The notes below the pieces were generated by a model that had not been told where the DNA came from, searched no databases, and worked only from the letters and a program-made list of their open reading frames with translations. Shown here in pieces: positions 24,276-37,711 of a DNA stretch of 64,000 nucleotides. The translations under genes and the position numbers were made by a program. The stretch is from Octopus sinensis. Lineage: Eukaryota. The DNA lies in NCBI RefSeq assembly GCF_006345805.1, contig NC_043000.1, positions 138,508,001 to 138,572,000 on the forward strand, in the 5' to 3' direction. The first letter of the stretch is position 1. Every line of letters begins with the position of its first letter.

Positions 24276-24349
24276 TTCTTATAGTGATGATGGTGGAGGA
24301 TATCTACTCCTTATTTTACTTCACAGAGGTAAAGTAGCTGAGTTCTTTC

Positions 24350-24650
24350 TGAGTGTTGGGCCTCAAAAAAGCAATGACCGGGACCTTTGGCATTATGTCA
24401 TGCCTGAGAAGAAGACCCATCAAACTGAACAAAATTGCAGTCACAGACACCAGTGTCACACAAATTGGCACCCATGCAGGTGGCACGTAAAAGCACCCAT
24501 TACACTCTTGGAGTGGTTGGCGTTAGGAAGGGCATCCAGCCATAGAAAACTATGCCAAATCAGACTAGAGTCTGGTGTAACCTTCCAGCGTGCCAGCCCA
24601 GTCAAACTGTCCAACCCATGCCAGCATGGACAACGGGCATTAATATTGAT
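24350..24650 (+). mobile_element. RTE LINE ORF end plus 3' UTR (family B)
   Basis: NDRDLWHYVMPEKKTHQ continuous with family B UTR. Confidence 0.85.
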
Positions 24651-24677
24651 GTATATATATACATAAAAATATATATC

Positions 24678-24738
<61 letters not shown>

Positions 24739-25560
24739 CTGTATTTACACACACACATATAATATATATATATATAGGGTTGTGTGTTTATGTTACTGAG
24801 TTATTTCCTTTAATCTTCACATGTCCACAGATTGTAGACAAGAGAACTATTCGGATGGTGTCATTTATTTCCAATTCTCTGCTTAACCATGTTTAGGATG
24901 GTCATTGTTTGATAGACTGCAAGATTGTTATCTTGCTGCCAAAACAAGTAAGGCTTGACACCAAGAAAGACATCTAGCCACAGAAAATTCGGCTCCAATC
25001 TCATCTGACCCCTGCAAGCATTCAATAATGGACCTTATAATGATGTTGTTGCTCATACTTTTATAGCTATCTGTATTTGTCTCTCCTTATTTCGTTTGTA
25101 CAATTTTTTTGCAGTCCTATGATAAATATTTATAATAGTCTCCTAATTGCTGCAGATCTGAATCTCTCTCTATTTATGGCAAATATAATACTTATGTCTT
25201 AGTTTTTTTCTGGTGTATTCAGAATACTATAATTTCATTTCTTTTTTCTTATCTAGTTTTACTAATTCACTTAACTTCAGATTAATAATATTATAACTCT
25301 GACTTATTACAGGATCATCTCGAACAGTTTTTATCATAGTGGCTTCTGTTCAAGAACCTGGGGTTTCACACGATAACGAGTATTTTAATAAAACTTAATA
25401 TAAAATTATTTCATTAAAAAAAATGAAAATGTGTTTTCACTGTGACAAAATAACATTATATGTTTATTTTGATATGACTGAATTTTTTTTCTCTAAAAGA
25501 ATTTTTGTCTCTGTTAATGCTTTACTAAAACTAGACTGCTAGTGGTTGTCTATAACTAAT

Positions 25561-25591
<31 letters not shown>

Positions 25592-25803
25592 CATTTTCAG
25601 AATTTGAGGAAGCAATATCAAACGTAAAGCATTGTTAAAAACAATCCTGATGCCAACTAGGTTTAACCAAATATATTGATAGGGAGATTATCAATATATA
25701 TGTGTATAAACAGTCTCATAAAACAAACCAATAATTTTTAAAAATTTCTTCTCCATTTTCTTTTATTGACTTTTTAAATTTTATGAGACTATATATATAT
25801 ATA

Positions 25804-25852
<49 letters not shown>

Positions 25853-26447
25853 GTTCTACAAGTTTTGGAAAATTTAATTTATTCCACAAGAAAATAAGTT
25901 TGGTAACTGTTCATCTAGAATATTGAAACCTATCCCCTATTTTTAACGTTTTTGTCAGTGTTAAGGATTCATCCAAAAATGGAAAAAACAAACAAAAAAA
26001 AAACATTTATAATATTCGTTAATATTTGGTGTGTACTGTTCTTGTCATTGATTCTCAAGTTTTTGCAATACTATAACTGGTCTGATTCTCTTTATTAAAC
26101 GTATTAATTGATTTCTAATATTATTTTCATCTCTTTTGAGATGGCTTTACTGTATTTTTCTATGCTGAATTTTCTGTAAATCTCCATTGAATATCTATGA
26201 CTCTAAATGGTAGAGTTTCCTGTTCTCTGCCGTCTATCTACAGCATATAACCTGAATTAGTCTTTCTATACTGAAATATCACTTTTAATTCATATAGAGT
26301 TTAGGATGTGTATTGAATGTTATCATCAGACAGAAGACTACGCAGAAAGGTTTCTCTTTTGCATATTCCTGCATTAGTCGGAAGATTGTGTTTTAAGGAT
26401 TATTTTTTTATTATCGTTATCAACGTCATCCTCATCGTCATCATCAT

Positions 26448-26478
<31 letters not shown>

Positions 26479-27084
26479 AGTAGCGGTATCGTCAACAATT
26501 TGTTAAATACATCAAGTTTCATTCCTTAAAAAGAAAATTAGCTACCACTGAAAATAAATAAATAAATGAATAAATAGATAAAGCAAGAATAAGTTCAAAG
26601 TTGGCAAATAATGTCTGTGATTACCCAAGGGATATTTACATACACTAATATTACTATTTTCCGGAACATTCCAGTATCTGTACTTTTAGCATTATTTATA
26701 AAATTTGTTGTGTATCACTCCAGTTCTACAAATTTGAAATGTTGATGATAGGCCCATTATTTGACTGTCATAATATTTTAAAGTTAAAAGTTAGGTCTGT
26801 GTTATTCTTCAATTTATATCCTTAAAACATAATTATTTAGAATTATTTTGTCCAAAATAGCAACACTTTCATTAATTACAGTGAAGGGAACATCTGTTGA
26901 AAAATCACAGGTGATATTATTGATCAATTTCTTATCTAAATGCTTCACAGTTCAAGTAAAACAGTGCCAGTAAACTACAAATGGGAGACTAAATGCTACC
27001 CACTGAAGATATTAGGTCATAACATTATATAAGCACGAAGCTACTTATATCGTAGAATACATACAACAAACAGCTTACTGATAT

Positions 27085-27448
27085 AATAATGAAATTATTG
27101 TATACAGTGCTCAGGTAGACAACAGCTTGTCAAAAGTGCATGTAAAGCATATGCAGTAATGTACAAATGTCTGGGAAGTGAACAGTGTATGAGTCAGATA
27201 CATGCTTGCGTGTGTATGGAGGGGAGAAAATCTGGTGTAGTGTTGGTGAATCTCAGGAAGCAGGGAAGTTTTGAAGGATTCAGTGCTCTAGCAATTAACA
27301 ACTGATGTCAGCAGTTTGTTCCATACTTCAGCAACTCTTAGCTTGAAAAAATGTTTCCGAAAGTCATGGGAGCTGTGCTGTTTTCTGACTTTGTAAATAT
27401 GTCCATGGGAGTTAGACAGGTGGAGTTTGAAAAGGTGTTCTACAGGTT
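27085..27448 (-). mobile_element. CR1 LINE 3' end
   Basis: SHGHIYKVRKQHSSHDFRKHFFKLRVAEVWNKL...ESFK. Confidence 0.85.
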
Positions 27449-27461
27449 TAATTAACAATTC

Positions 27462-28025
27462 ATCATCATCATCATCATCGTTTAATGTCCGCTTTCCATG
27501 CTAGCATGGGTTGGACGATTTGACTGAGGTCTGGCAAACCAGATGGCTGCACCAGACTCCAATCTGATCTGGTTGAGTTTCTACAGCTGGATGCTCTTCC
27601 TAACGCCAACCACTCCAAGAGTGTAGTGGGTGCTTTTATGTGCCACTGGCATGAGGGCCAGTCAGGCGGTACTGGCAATGGCCACGCTCAAATGGTGCTT
27701 TTTACGTGCCACCTGCACAGGAGCCAGTCCAGTGGCACTGGCAACAACCTCGCTCGAATGTTTTTCCACATGCCACCAGCACAAGTTCCAGTAAGGTGAC
27801 GCAGGTAACGATCACGCTTGAATGGTGCTTTTTACATACCATCGGCACAGAGGCCAGCTTGTTGCTCTGGCAATGATCCCGCTTGTATGGTACTCTTAGT
27901 GCTCCACTAGCATGGATGCCAGTCATTAAATTTGACTTCAATTTCGATTTCTCTTGCCTCAACAGGTCTTTGCAAGCAGAGTTTAGTGTCCAATGAAGGA
28001 AAGGTACGCATAAGTGTACTGGTTA
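27462..28025 (-). mobile_element. RTE-LINE 3' UTR (family B), long form with internal repeats
   Basis: (CAT)n tail, family B consensus, several internal repeat units. Confidence 0.88.
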
Positions 28026-29034
28026 TGGTAACATATTTACAAAAGTAGAAAAATATTATTTCCAGAACATTGGATACTTGTATTATCATTATTCAAGCTC
28101 TTTATCATAGTTATTCACCTTGGAAGTTCTTTAACTATTTCCTTGTTTTACATAGTTATGCATCAGTATATTAAGTGTGTTCTTATTTCTCATCTTGCAT
28201 AAAACACCATAATGCAAATACTTCTTACTTCAGCCCATTCTCATTTTAATTCTCATACTTCCACTCACTTTATTCCTGCTTGTCACTAAAAGCAGTGCAA
28301 TAAACATATCATCCTTCTGATTGTTTTCATTTTACTACTCCTCCTGCCACTCACTCAATTTCTGTTTGTTGTTTGACACCCTACAACTTCTACTTTATCT
28401 TGAAGAAAATAAATGCACATCTTGAAATATTTTATGTGGATTATTGTCATTTTTATCATGGAAAATAACACCAGGCTTATGATGCGCTACTTTGTAGGCT
28501 ATATATATGCTAAGTTCCTTGGCACTTCCTTATCTTCATTTTCTAAAACAATCATAGGTTCATATGGGTACTACAGGGACTTTTTCTCAAGAGAGAATAT
28601 TATAATTAATTATCCTCGTTATCATACTGTAGAGTTGATGTTGAAGATTAAGATTTTGTTAAAAGTTTGTTGTATTACTTGTGATTTTAAAAGCTTTTAA
28701 AAGATCAAAAGGCTGACAGTACATTGCTTAGGATATGGAGTATAACCATGACAACCATTTTCCTCTTTGTAGTTCTAACACTTTGGGATTACCTGGTATT
28801 TTGCCATAAGTATTTAAGAGTGAAATTTGGTATTATCCCCCAAATCTGATGAACAGAAATGTAAATACTGACCAAGTCTATCATGGCCATTAGTAAACTC
28901 AGTTGAGGCTAACAGAGTATGTGAGGATGTGGTGGTCAGTTGTCTCTCTGTTTATACCACAGAAGTGATAGGAAAGATCAGCGCCATTTTTTAAGATTAT
29001 TATTATTATTATTATTATTATTATAATTTTTTTT

Positions 29035-29305
29035 TGTTCCTTCTTTCTTCAAATTTTCTTCCATTTCTTGCTGAGTGTTTTCCGTACACCTAGGACAGAG
29101 AAGCTCATTATGTGCATTCCCAGATTACACACGCAAATTCAGAGGTAAAAAATGTATTAAAAAAATTAATAAATAAATAAATTCATGAATGGATGTTGTT
29201 TTCACAACGATGATGCTCTTCTCCGTACATGAGTCATTCCAGTTAACACGATTTTTTACACTTCCTGGTAAGCCTGGTATCATTTTCAAATAGGTTTCAG
29301 TACCT
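29035..29305 (-). mobile_element. R4/Dong-like LINE 3' end
   Basis: KGTETYLKMIPGLP...KIVLTG...RR plus UTR; homologous to 60135-60430; AAT/ATT tracts both sides. Confidence 0.85.
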
Positions 29306-29317
29306 TTATTATTATTA

Positions 29318-29391
<74 letters not shown>

Positions 29392-29409
29392 CATTATTAT
29401 TATTATATT

Positions 29410-29676
29410 AAAACTCACAGCTTATTTTGTTGGGTATGATTGAAAGAGTCAGCTGACCACAGCCAACAGACTAAGGTGACACTTATTAAACTGATCATGC
29501 TTCAAGAACCTTGTGAAGAATTCTTACAGTTCCAAGCAATGGTGATTTTTGTAGGTGCTCTACCTTCACACTTGCACCAATCTGTTTTGGTCAAGTTGGC
29601 AGATGAGTGCTGATACTTCCAAGTGCACCATTTGCTACTGGTGTCACATCTACTCTTTTTATTGGCCACAATCTTT

Positions 29677-29680
<4 letters not shown>
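29410..29680 (-). mobile_element. R4/Dong-like LINE 3' end
   Basis: QRLWPIKRVDVTPVANGALGSIS...VEHLQKSPLLGTVRILHKVLEA*; AAT/ATT tracts both sides. Confidence 0.88.
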
Positions 29681-29764
<84 letters not shown>

Positions 29765-29765
<1 letters not shown>

Positions 29766-29935
29766 GAGTGAAAGAGCAGTGCATGTCATCAAAGTGGCAT
29801 TGGGGTTATAATACATGAAGCTCAGTATACCTATCTGACTACCAATCTGTTAAGAGTATACAAGGCACATGCATCACAACAATATGTACATGACATGGTG
29901 ACCTCATATCAAGATAACCATATCAAGCTAAGCAG
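29765..29935 (-). mobile_element. TAA-tailed retroelement 3' end (family E)
   Basis: Reverse-complement homolog of 30385-30541. Confidence 0.75.
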
Positions 29936-29954
29936 TGAGAATTTTAATCAGGAG

Positions 29955-30125
29955 GGATAATTCATTTACATGGACCCCAGTGTTCATCTGGTACTTATTT
30001 TATCAACCCCAAAAGGATGAAAGGCAAAGTCGACCTTAGCAGAATTTGAACTAAGAATGTAAAGATAGATGAAATGCCTCTAATAATTTTGCCTGGTGTG
30101 CTCACAATTTTGCCAGCTTGCTGCC
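29955..30125 (-). mobile_element. SINE family D
   Basis: Family D head and core. Confidence 0.8.
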
Positions 30126-30176
30126 TTAATAATAATAATGATGATAATAATAATAATAATGATGATAGTAATAATG

Positions 30177-30225
<49 letters not shown>

Positions 30226-30231
30226 TAATAA

Positions 30232-30541
30232 TGGGATTCTTTGTGGTTTGAATAATTCACCTCTGGAAACATGGGTGGTTCTTTCAACATCCTTAAACAA
30301 CCCTTATTCAGGGACCTTTTGAGCGGGATGGGCTACTCAACCTGAAGAAAATTCTAACTGGGCCCCACCTGCAAGGTCATGTGCTGTTTATCTTGATATG
30401 AGATCACCATGTCGCGCACATATGGTTGTGATGCATGTGCCTGGTGTACCCTTATCAGACGGGTAGTCATGATGGGTATATTGGGCTTCGTATATTTTAC
30501 CCCAGTGTCACTTTGATGGCATGCACTGCTCTATTACTCAA
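30232..30541 (+). mobile_element. TAA-tailed retroelement 3' end (family E)
   Basis: Ends gtcactttgatggcatgcactgctctattactc(aat)n; preceded by (AAT)n. Confidence 0.75.
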
Positions 30542-30989
30542 TAATAATAATAATGATATTAATAATAATAATAATAATAATAATCATAATAATAATAACA
30601 ATAACAACAATGATAAACAATAAGAAAAGCATGATGTGATTTGTAAGAGAGATTGAGATTGTTTATTAAATTGAATGAATTGAACAATATTTTAAATGTC
30701 TATTTTCCCCATGTTCAAAATGTAAAATGATATAAAACGATGCAGAAATGTAGAAATTCAGTCTATGGACAGGAATATCCTGCGTTCCTTTACAGAGAAG
30801 ATGACATCATCAGTTTTCGCCTTTTATAATTGGTGACAAGGGAAAAAGAAAATAGAAAGAAAGTAAAAAGAAAACAAGAAAGAGAACACTTAGTCAAAAA
30901 GTTTTGTGTAAATGTGACAAAATTTACCTTCATTTTTTTTATTTCTCCAGTGCATGACATTAGCAATGCACAAATATATTTGTTGTCAT

Positions 30990-31300
30990 ATGTTTTGAGG
31001 ACTGAATATGCAGAAGAGTCAGAATATTGTCTGAGATTGTGCACTTTCAAAACTACAGCCGTTTGATATAGAATGTTCATCAAGTCCAATCAAACAATGG
31101 CTTTTGTGAATAATGTCATACCTGTACCTGTTGAATCTTTTATTTAATTGTTCTGTTGTGCAACCAAGATGAATAAAGTTGTATATGGTGCATTCCACGA
31201 AGCACACCAAAATTGAAATCTTTGCATGTCCCACCTTCTATGTAAATAATAAAATTTCTTCTACAATTTGTGATAGAATTAATTTGACTCCTGTTGATTC
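30990..31300 (-). mobile_element. Penelope-like GIY-YIG endonuclease relic
   Basis: LVCFVECTIYNFIHLGCTTEQLNKRFNRYRYDIIHK...LDEHSISNGC resembles the GIY-YIG YIG.T..L..R...H motif. Confidence 0.55.
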
Positions 31301-31850
31301 ACAATAAACAGGGCTTACATTTTTTATGGCTGTGAAAGCAATCACTTTACTTTATCAACAATTTTTTTCAGAGATGTCTATGTTTATGACGGTTTAAATT
31401 TACCAGTATCATGACCTAACTGAACAGATAACAACACTCTAATCACCACAAACAAATGTAACTTCCACAATTCAACCAGTTCAGATAACTAATCCCCTGG
31501 TTGGTCCAAATGACTGTGGTATTTTTAATCGTACATTTGCATCTGAGCTAGTCATTTGAAACTCTCCAGAAAAAAATTTTATTCAATCAATTGAAAATGC
31601 AAACCTATTTTAAATTTTGCTTTGAAAGTTAAGGTTTTTCAAATGCCAACAAAAACTAAAGACATTATTTGCTTTTTATCATCCACCCCAAAATGGGTTA
31701 CTCCAAGAAAGTGAACTAAAAGTGATTACTTCTTATATAAATATCCAAGACAAATTTGTCACCCAGTAGGTTCTATGTTTAAAGTGAAACATTCCAGCAA
31801 AAGTCAAGAGACAGTCAAAAATCAAATAGAAGTAATACACTTTTACTCTT

Positions 31851-32088
31851 TTTACTTGTTTCAGTCATTTAACTATGGCCATGCTGGAGCACCACCTTTA
31901 GTCGAGCAAATCAACCCCAGGACTTATTCTTTGTAAGCCTATTACTTATTCTATCGGTTTCTTATGCCGAACTGCTAAGTTACGGGGACATAAACACACC
32001 AGCATCAGTTGTCAAGCGATGTTGGTGGGGACAAACACAGACACACAAACGTATACACACACACACGCACATACACATACATACATAC

Positions 32089-32133
<45 letters not shown>

Positions 32134-32340
32134 ATATTATATATATATACACACACACATATATATATATATATATACACATACAGATATACATACATAT
32201 ATATATACACATATACGACGAGCTTCTTTCAGTTCTGTCCACCAAATCCACTCACAGGGCTTTGGTCGACCTAAGGCAAAAGTAGAAGACACTTGCCCAA
32301 GGTGCCACGCAGTAGAACTGAACCCAGAACCATGTGGTTT
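31851..32340 (-). mobile_element. SINE family A
   Basis: Family consensus with ~150-nt (AT/CA) linker. Confidence 0.9.
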
Positions 32341-33184
32341 GCCTATAATACTGTGGAAAACACTTGCCGAACCTGGTTATAAGTTTTTCTTTTTTAAAAC
32401 TTTTGCCAGAATTCTGCCCTAGCACTAAAAATTTTAATAAAAACTAGCTCGTAGGTTATTTCAGATTGCCCTCAATCACAAACTTAAGGAATATTTTCTT
32501 TAAAAAAAATGGTAATGAGGAGTCAGAAAACTGCAAAAAAACAGTCAAGTAAAAGTAACCCATTTAATAATAATAATTCTATACATTTTGAGAAATAATC
32601 AAATTGACGAGATGCAAACACAAGACTTGGATTTGTGAGCTGTCTTAATAAATGTGGAGTTGTGAATATGAGACAAAACCAGAGAGAAGCAGATAGATAT
32701 TGCCAATAAAAATAAAGATCTACAAGGATATCACATTAAGATGAGAATTGTGAATGAAAGAAATATGGAATGTTCATGCTATGAACTGGCAAACAATGGT
32801 AACAGAAACGTAGCTATTGCCAAACCAAACAAGAAATTAGATAATTAATTTTGATGTAAGAGAGATTCGTCATATGAAAATGCTGACATTGGATTACAAA
32901 AGAGATGAAGAGAAGCCGTTCTGCAGACCAGTCAAATTCCATTTCCAGTGTGAAAACCCAGATGTAAAACAATTGCATATGAGGAAATGGTAGCAATGGA
33001 ATTTGATATATTTGCAAATTTTCTTGTATCATTAGACCAACCACTTCCACCATGTAAGATATCACTAGAATATTGAAATTTATACATATTGAATTAGAAA
33101 TCCCAGAATAATATCTTACAGAGTGCATGTTTTAGGAATTAGTATCACATCTTGATGCCATCTATGCAAGAAACATATTCAATC

Positions 33185-33233
<49 letters not shown>

Positions 33234-33488
33234 TAATAATAATGAAGATGATGATGATGATGATGACGATGATGATGATGACGATGATGATGATAACAAT
33301 AATAATAAAGATTTCAAATTTTGGCACAAGTCCAGCAATTCGGTGGGATTTATTGACCCAAAAGGATAATAGACAAACTTAATCTTGGTGAAATTTGAAC
33401 TCAGGACATAAATAAGGAGAAAATGCTGCTAAGCATTTTGCCCAGTATGTTAATGATTCTGTCAGATCATTGCTTTAAGATAATGATG

Positions 33489-33519
<31 letters not shown>

Positions 33520-33532
33520 TAATAATAATAAC

Positions 33533-33591
<59 letters not shown>

Positions 33592-33665
33592 TAATAATAT
33601 AATAACAATAACAACATAATATAATAACAATAACAATAATATAATAATAATAAAGATAATAAAAA
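33185..33665. repeat. (AAT)n/(GAT)n tracts interrupted by SINE-D (33318-33468, minus)
   Basis: Direct inspection. Confidence 0.9.
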
Positions 33666-33669
33666 TAAA

Positions 33670-33885
33670 AATATACAGACAAATACATAGCAAAAACACC
33701 AGGACTTACAAATATATATAACATACAGAAAATTGCACTACTGAGCACTGCACACATCCTACGCAAAGCACTTTCAATACAGTAACCATAAGAGCATCAC
33801 AGCAAACCACAGCACATACCCAAGGTACACAGAGCTGCGCTCGGTAGTGAAGTAAGAGCACACTATAAAAATAAAACTACTGAAT
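33670..33885 (+). mobile_element. R4/Dong-like LINE 3' end
   Basis: YTDKYIAKTPGLTNIYNIQKIALLSTAHILRKALSIQ*; paralog of 11047-11252. Confidence 0.88.
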
Positions 33886-35285
33886 ATACTGACCATTGTT
33901 AGTATATAGCTTCAGATTATCCATAAAGAATAGATAAACTACATAGAGTTTATTCTAAAATATAAAACTTTTAAAGTTAAATTATCAATCAAGAGACAAA
34001 ACTAAAATTGAAACCTCAAAAGGTCTTGAAAACCTTAACTATTAAAACACATCATCTTCTTAGATCTGTTTCTTTCTTTTGTTTTTTTTTTCATATTTTA
34101 TACTGTAGACAGCAGTAAAAGAGTCAAAAATATACATATGACCTGAAACAATAATCAAATTTAAAAGTTTTCATTGCAGACATCTCAGTGGAGTTTGAGA
34201 TCAACATATATAATAAACAAATTATGAGCTACAAGCAAATTAAGTGAAGAAAGTTCCCATGGGCTGAAGATTTATAATTATCTAGGCAACCAAAGAGCTA
34301 ACTCAATGAAATAAGTTCTCATTAAGTAAAAATACCCATTGAAAGAAGCTGGTACTAAAAAGTGAACTTAAAATAAACACAAAATGTTAATAAATCAGTT
34401 AGATCTCATATAAAAATATGACTCCAATTCTATCAGTGTAAATGAAATGACCATTTTTAAAAAATGGAGAACAAAACAGAACACGTAAACAAAATATCTT
34501 CAGTTGTTTCAAATAAAATAAGGGTTGAGAAATAAGGATCACATATAAATCAAATTCTGCAGAAAAACAGCGACAATTTAAATATATTGCTACTTCCAAC
34601 AGAAGGAAACTGAGTGTATATAAACATGAAGAATGCCAAATGATTAATCCCACTATAAACCTTCAATGCAATTCTAAGGAGAAATGGGATCTCAATACAA
34701 TATTGATCAAGCATCCAAAACAGCGGTAGATAAATAAAAATAGCAGCAGGAATAAAACTAACATACAGAAAGCAATAGTGAGTGACAATATCTGATAGTA
34801 ATACATAAATCTACCTGTGACAGTCAAAGCAGATCAAGCTTTAAAACTGAAATTGATAGACATTATCTAGCATAGAATCAGCATATTTTCCATCCTTCTT
34901 GACTTTAAAACTATTCTAAAGACAAAAAGAAAATAAATAAATGAGACAGCATGTCTAGTAAATGGGTGGCACGAAGATGCTTCAAAACAGTAGGAAACTG
35001 CTATTTAGAAAATTGTCATCTACCCTGAAATCCACCAGAAAGAATATGAGTAGAACCTAGGGAATGTCACAGAAAAAATGGTAATGCAGTAATTCTATGG
35101 GTCATGGTTCAAATACACAGGTAGAAAATAGTGGCAAAGAAGCCAGGACTACTTTTCCTTTTTAACAAATATCTGGCACTGGTTGAATGTACCTGAGCCG
35201 GGGCACTTGTCTGGAGTGGCATGTGTTATATGCTGCAGCAAGGAAGGGAAACAATGTCATGTATCTCCAAAATAAAAGGTGAAAA

Positions 35286-35574
35286 TCTTTATATATAAAA
35301 GTGAAGTCGTGTGTCTGTCTCCTACGATTTAGATTCCTAACTACTCCCACATTTTGCAGTGCAGTTTAACCAAAACCGGGTATCTTATAGTCGTGATTCA
35401 TATCGAGCCCTTCTGGGTATTAGTGCGCATCTACGATGAGTCTACGATTTAAAAAAAAATTTACTTCCATTTTTAATACATTTTTTTGCTATTATATAAG
35501 GGAAGTAACTCTCTAAAAATGCTTATATAGTTATTTCCCTAACAAACCAGAGCAATGCTGGGCGATACTGCTAG
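35286..35574 (+). mobile_element. Non-autonomous Helitron
   Basis: A|TC 5' end, GC-rich subterminal hairpin, CTAG|T 3' end, no TSD; second copy at 48849. Confidence 0.9.
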
Positions 35575-36974
35575 TAATAAATATAATAAACACTTAAATT
35601 TTACATTTAATAAATTCTCATAAAACACTTTATTCTTACATTTGCAGGTTTTTATCTTAGACTAAATTTTTAAGAATATACTAGTAAAGATATCCTGATT
35701 CAGCTTGTACAGCTTGAAACTGTGCTGAAATCCAATTAGTCTGGCATGCAAACAACTTTAGAAGCCCTCCTGAATATACCCAGCTTTGATTCTCTAAATG
35801 TGAACTTGTAGCTTTATCCAGTTTATTTATATTGCTACATTTGAGATTTTGAGATTCATCAGATAAAAAGAAAAAAATAGGAAATTACTAGTAAAAATAT
35901 ATATATTTGTGTACCAAATACTGGCTTCCATATTTAATATATATTTGATGTCAAGGGTTCTTTTTAGACTCGGTATACAACAAATAAAACCCATGTTATA
36001 AACCAATCGCTTATTAATTTTCTAATGCTGAATCATGTTATTTAGAAGGTCAAAAACAAACTGTCAAAAAAGATCGTGCCAGTTTTTCTCCTGCATTCTA
36101 ATTAATTAACACCCACTTGTAATTGATTCACATGCTTAACGATTTGTCTCTTGAATACCAGTAATGATAAAAAAAAAAATAGATAAATACATAATTCGCT
36201 TTAGTAAAAGCCATGTCTATGGATAGTTAGTTATTCATATAGCTTACATTTATTTAACTGATTGCTTTAATACTGCATCAGAAACTCACTAATGCTCTAG
36301 CAAATATTTTTTCCCTTTGGGAGAACTCACAAGTGGGAAATACTTTAGATAATGGAAAACGGTTGTGTAAATGCTAAAATCTCATTCATCATTTATTAAA
36401 ACTTGTTTCAATTATTAAAACTCGTTTCTTATTTTACTCACTAAAAACCTCTATGATTATTTAGTTCTTTAAAGACTTGTGTGTTTTTCCCTAGCAATGC
36501 AACGGTGTGTAGTATTAAAAGTAAATTAAGTTAAATTGCTAAATTATTTCATGGGTAATAAACAAAATAATAATAACAGCAGACACTGTGGCTTTATTAT
36601 AAAAATACACTCATGTCAGATGTTCCTTTAATTACTGCTTAGTGTTATTCTAACTGTGGCATAATCTTTAAGAAGTAATGTTCATGTAATTAGCAATAAT
36701 TTGAAAATTAGCTTTGTCCAGATAATGTTATTTTGCAAAAGATAAGAAATATAATAATCTTTATATTTATTTTCATTAACTCCATACATGTTATCTGATT
36801 CAATAATTCTAGTTGCTTCCTTATCTTATATAATCCCAGCATACAGAGCAATGAGATTGGAAAATTTCCCAAGAGTGCCATCTGCTTGAAAAACAAAAAG
36901 TTAAGTGTCAGTTACTATATTAATGTGTCATGGTGAAAATAATTTTCAGTCAATTGAAATTATAACTTCAATAG

Positions 36975-37130
36975 AGTGCAGACGTGGCTGTGTGGTTAAG
37001 AAATTTACTTTGCAACTGCATAGTATCAGTTTCAGCCCCAATGCATGTAACCTTGGGTGAGCATCTTCTACAGGCTACCCAAAACCTTGTGAGTGGACTT
37101 GGTAAATGGAAACTAAAAGAAGCCTATTGT
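36975..37130 (+). mobile_element. SINE family A 5' half, diverged
   Basis: gtggctgtgtggttaag...accttgggtgagc...aaagaagcct. Confidence 0.75.
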
Positions 37131-37310
37131 GTGTGTGTGTGTATATATATACATATATATATTATATGTAGAAAAATACAAACTGGGACAAGAACGTAAA
37201 ACATTTAGAAGATGATACAAAAAACACGGACGGGACATTCGAAGCCTTCAATCTTCAGTCAAGAACCGGATCATCCTAGCAATTTCGGCTGATTAATCTT
37301 ATATATATAT

Positions 37311-37455
37311 TTAACCAATTGATATTTAACCACTTGTCTAATAAAGGAGTGGAATTGAACTGGTGCATGTGTTATTAATACTGGTGTAATATATCTCCAT
37401 AGACACAACAAAATTTGTTTCAACGCACAAATTCACATAAAGAATCTTGTAAACC
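37311..37455 (+). repeat. Local repeat family H, copy 1
   Basis: Homologous to 39379-39573 (+) and 38649-38788 (-). Confidence 0.75.
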
Positions 37456-37711
37456 ACACACACACACACACACAAATTCACACACACACAAACACACACA
37501 CACACACACACACACATACACACACACGTATTTATGTATGTATGTATATAAAGTGTCACCAAAGAAGTGGTGAAAGATTTCCAGACAATGTACATGAGTT
37601 AGGATAAGAACAGTAATAAGCAAGTGAAGAACGAATATATTGAGCGTATGTTTATTTGGCAAAAAAGAAAAAAAAATGACCATCCTGTGTTTCTGTCATA
37701 CAGGCATAGTG

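Noticed and set aside
24897-24947. Plus-strand exon-like WSLFDRLQDCYLAAKT
   Set aside because: Runs into a decayed RTE-type 3' end and is probably repeat-derived
34815-34915. Minus-strand segment with good splice sites
   Set aside because: All frames close before the donor
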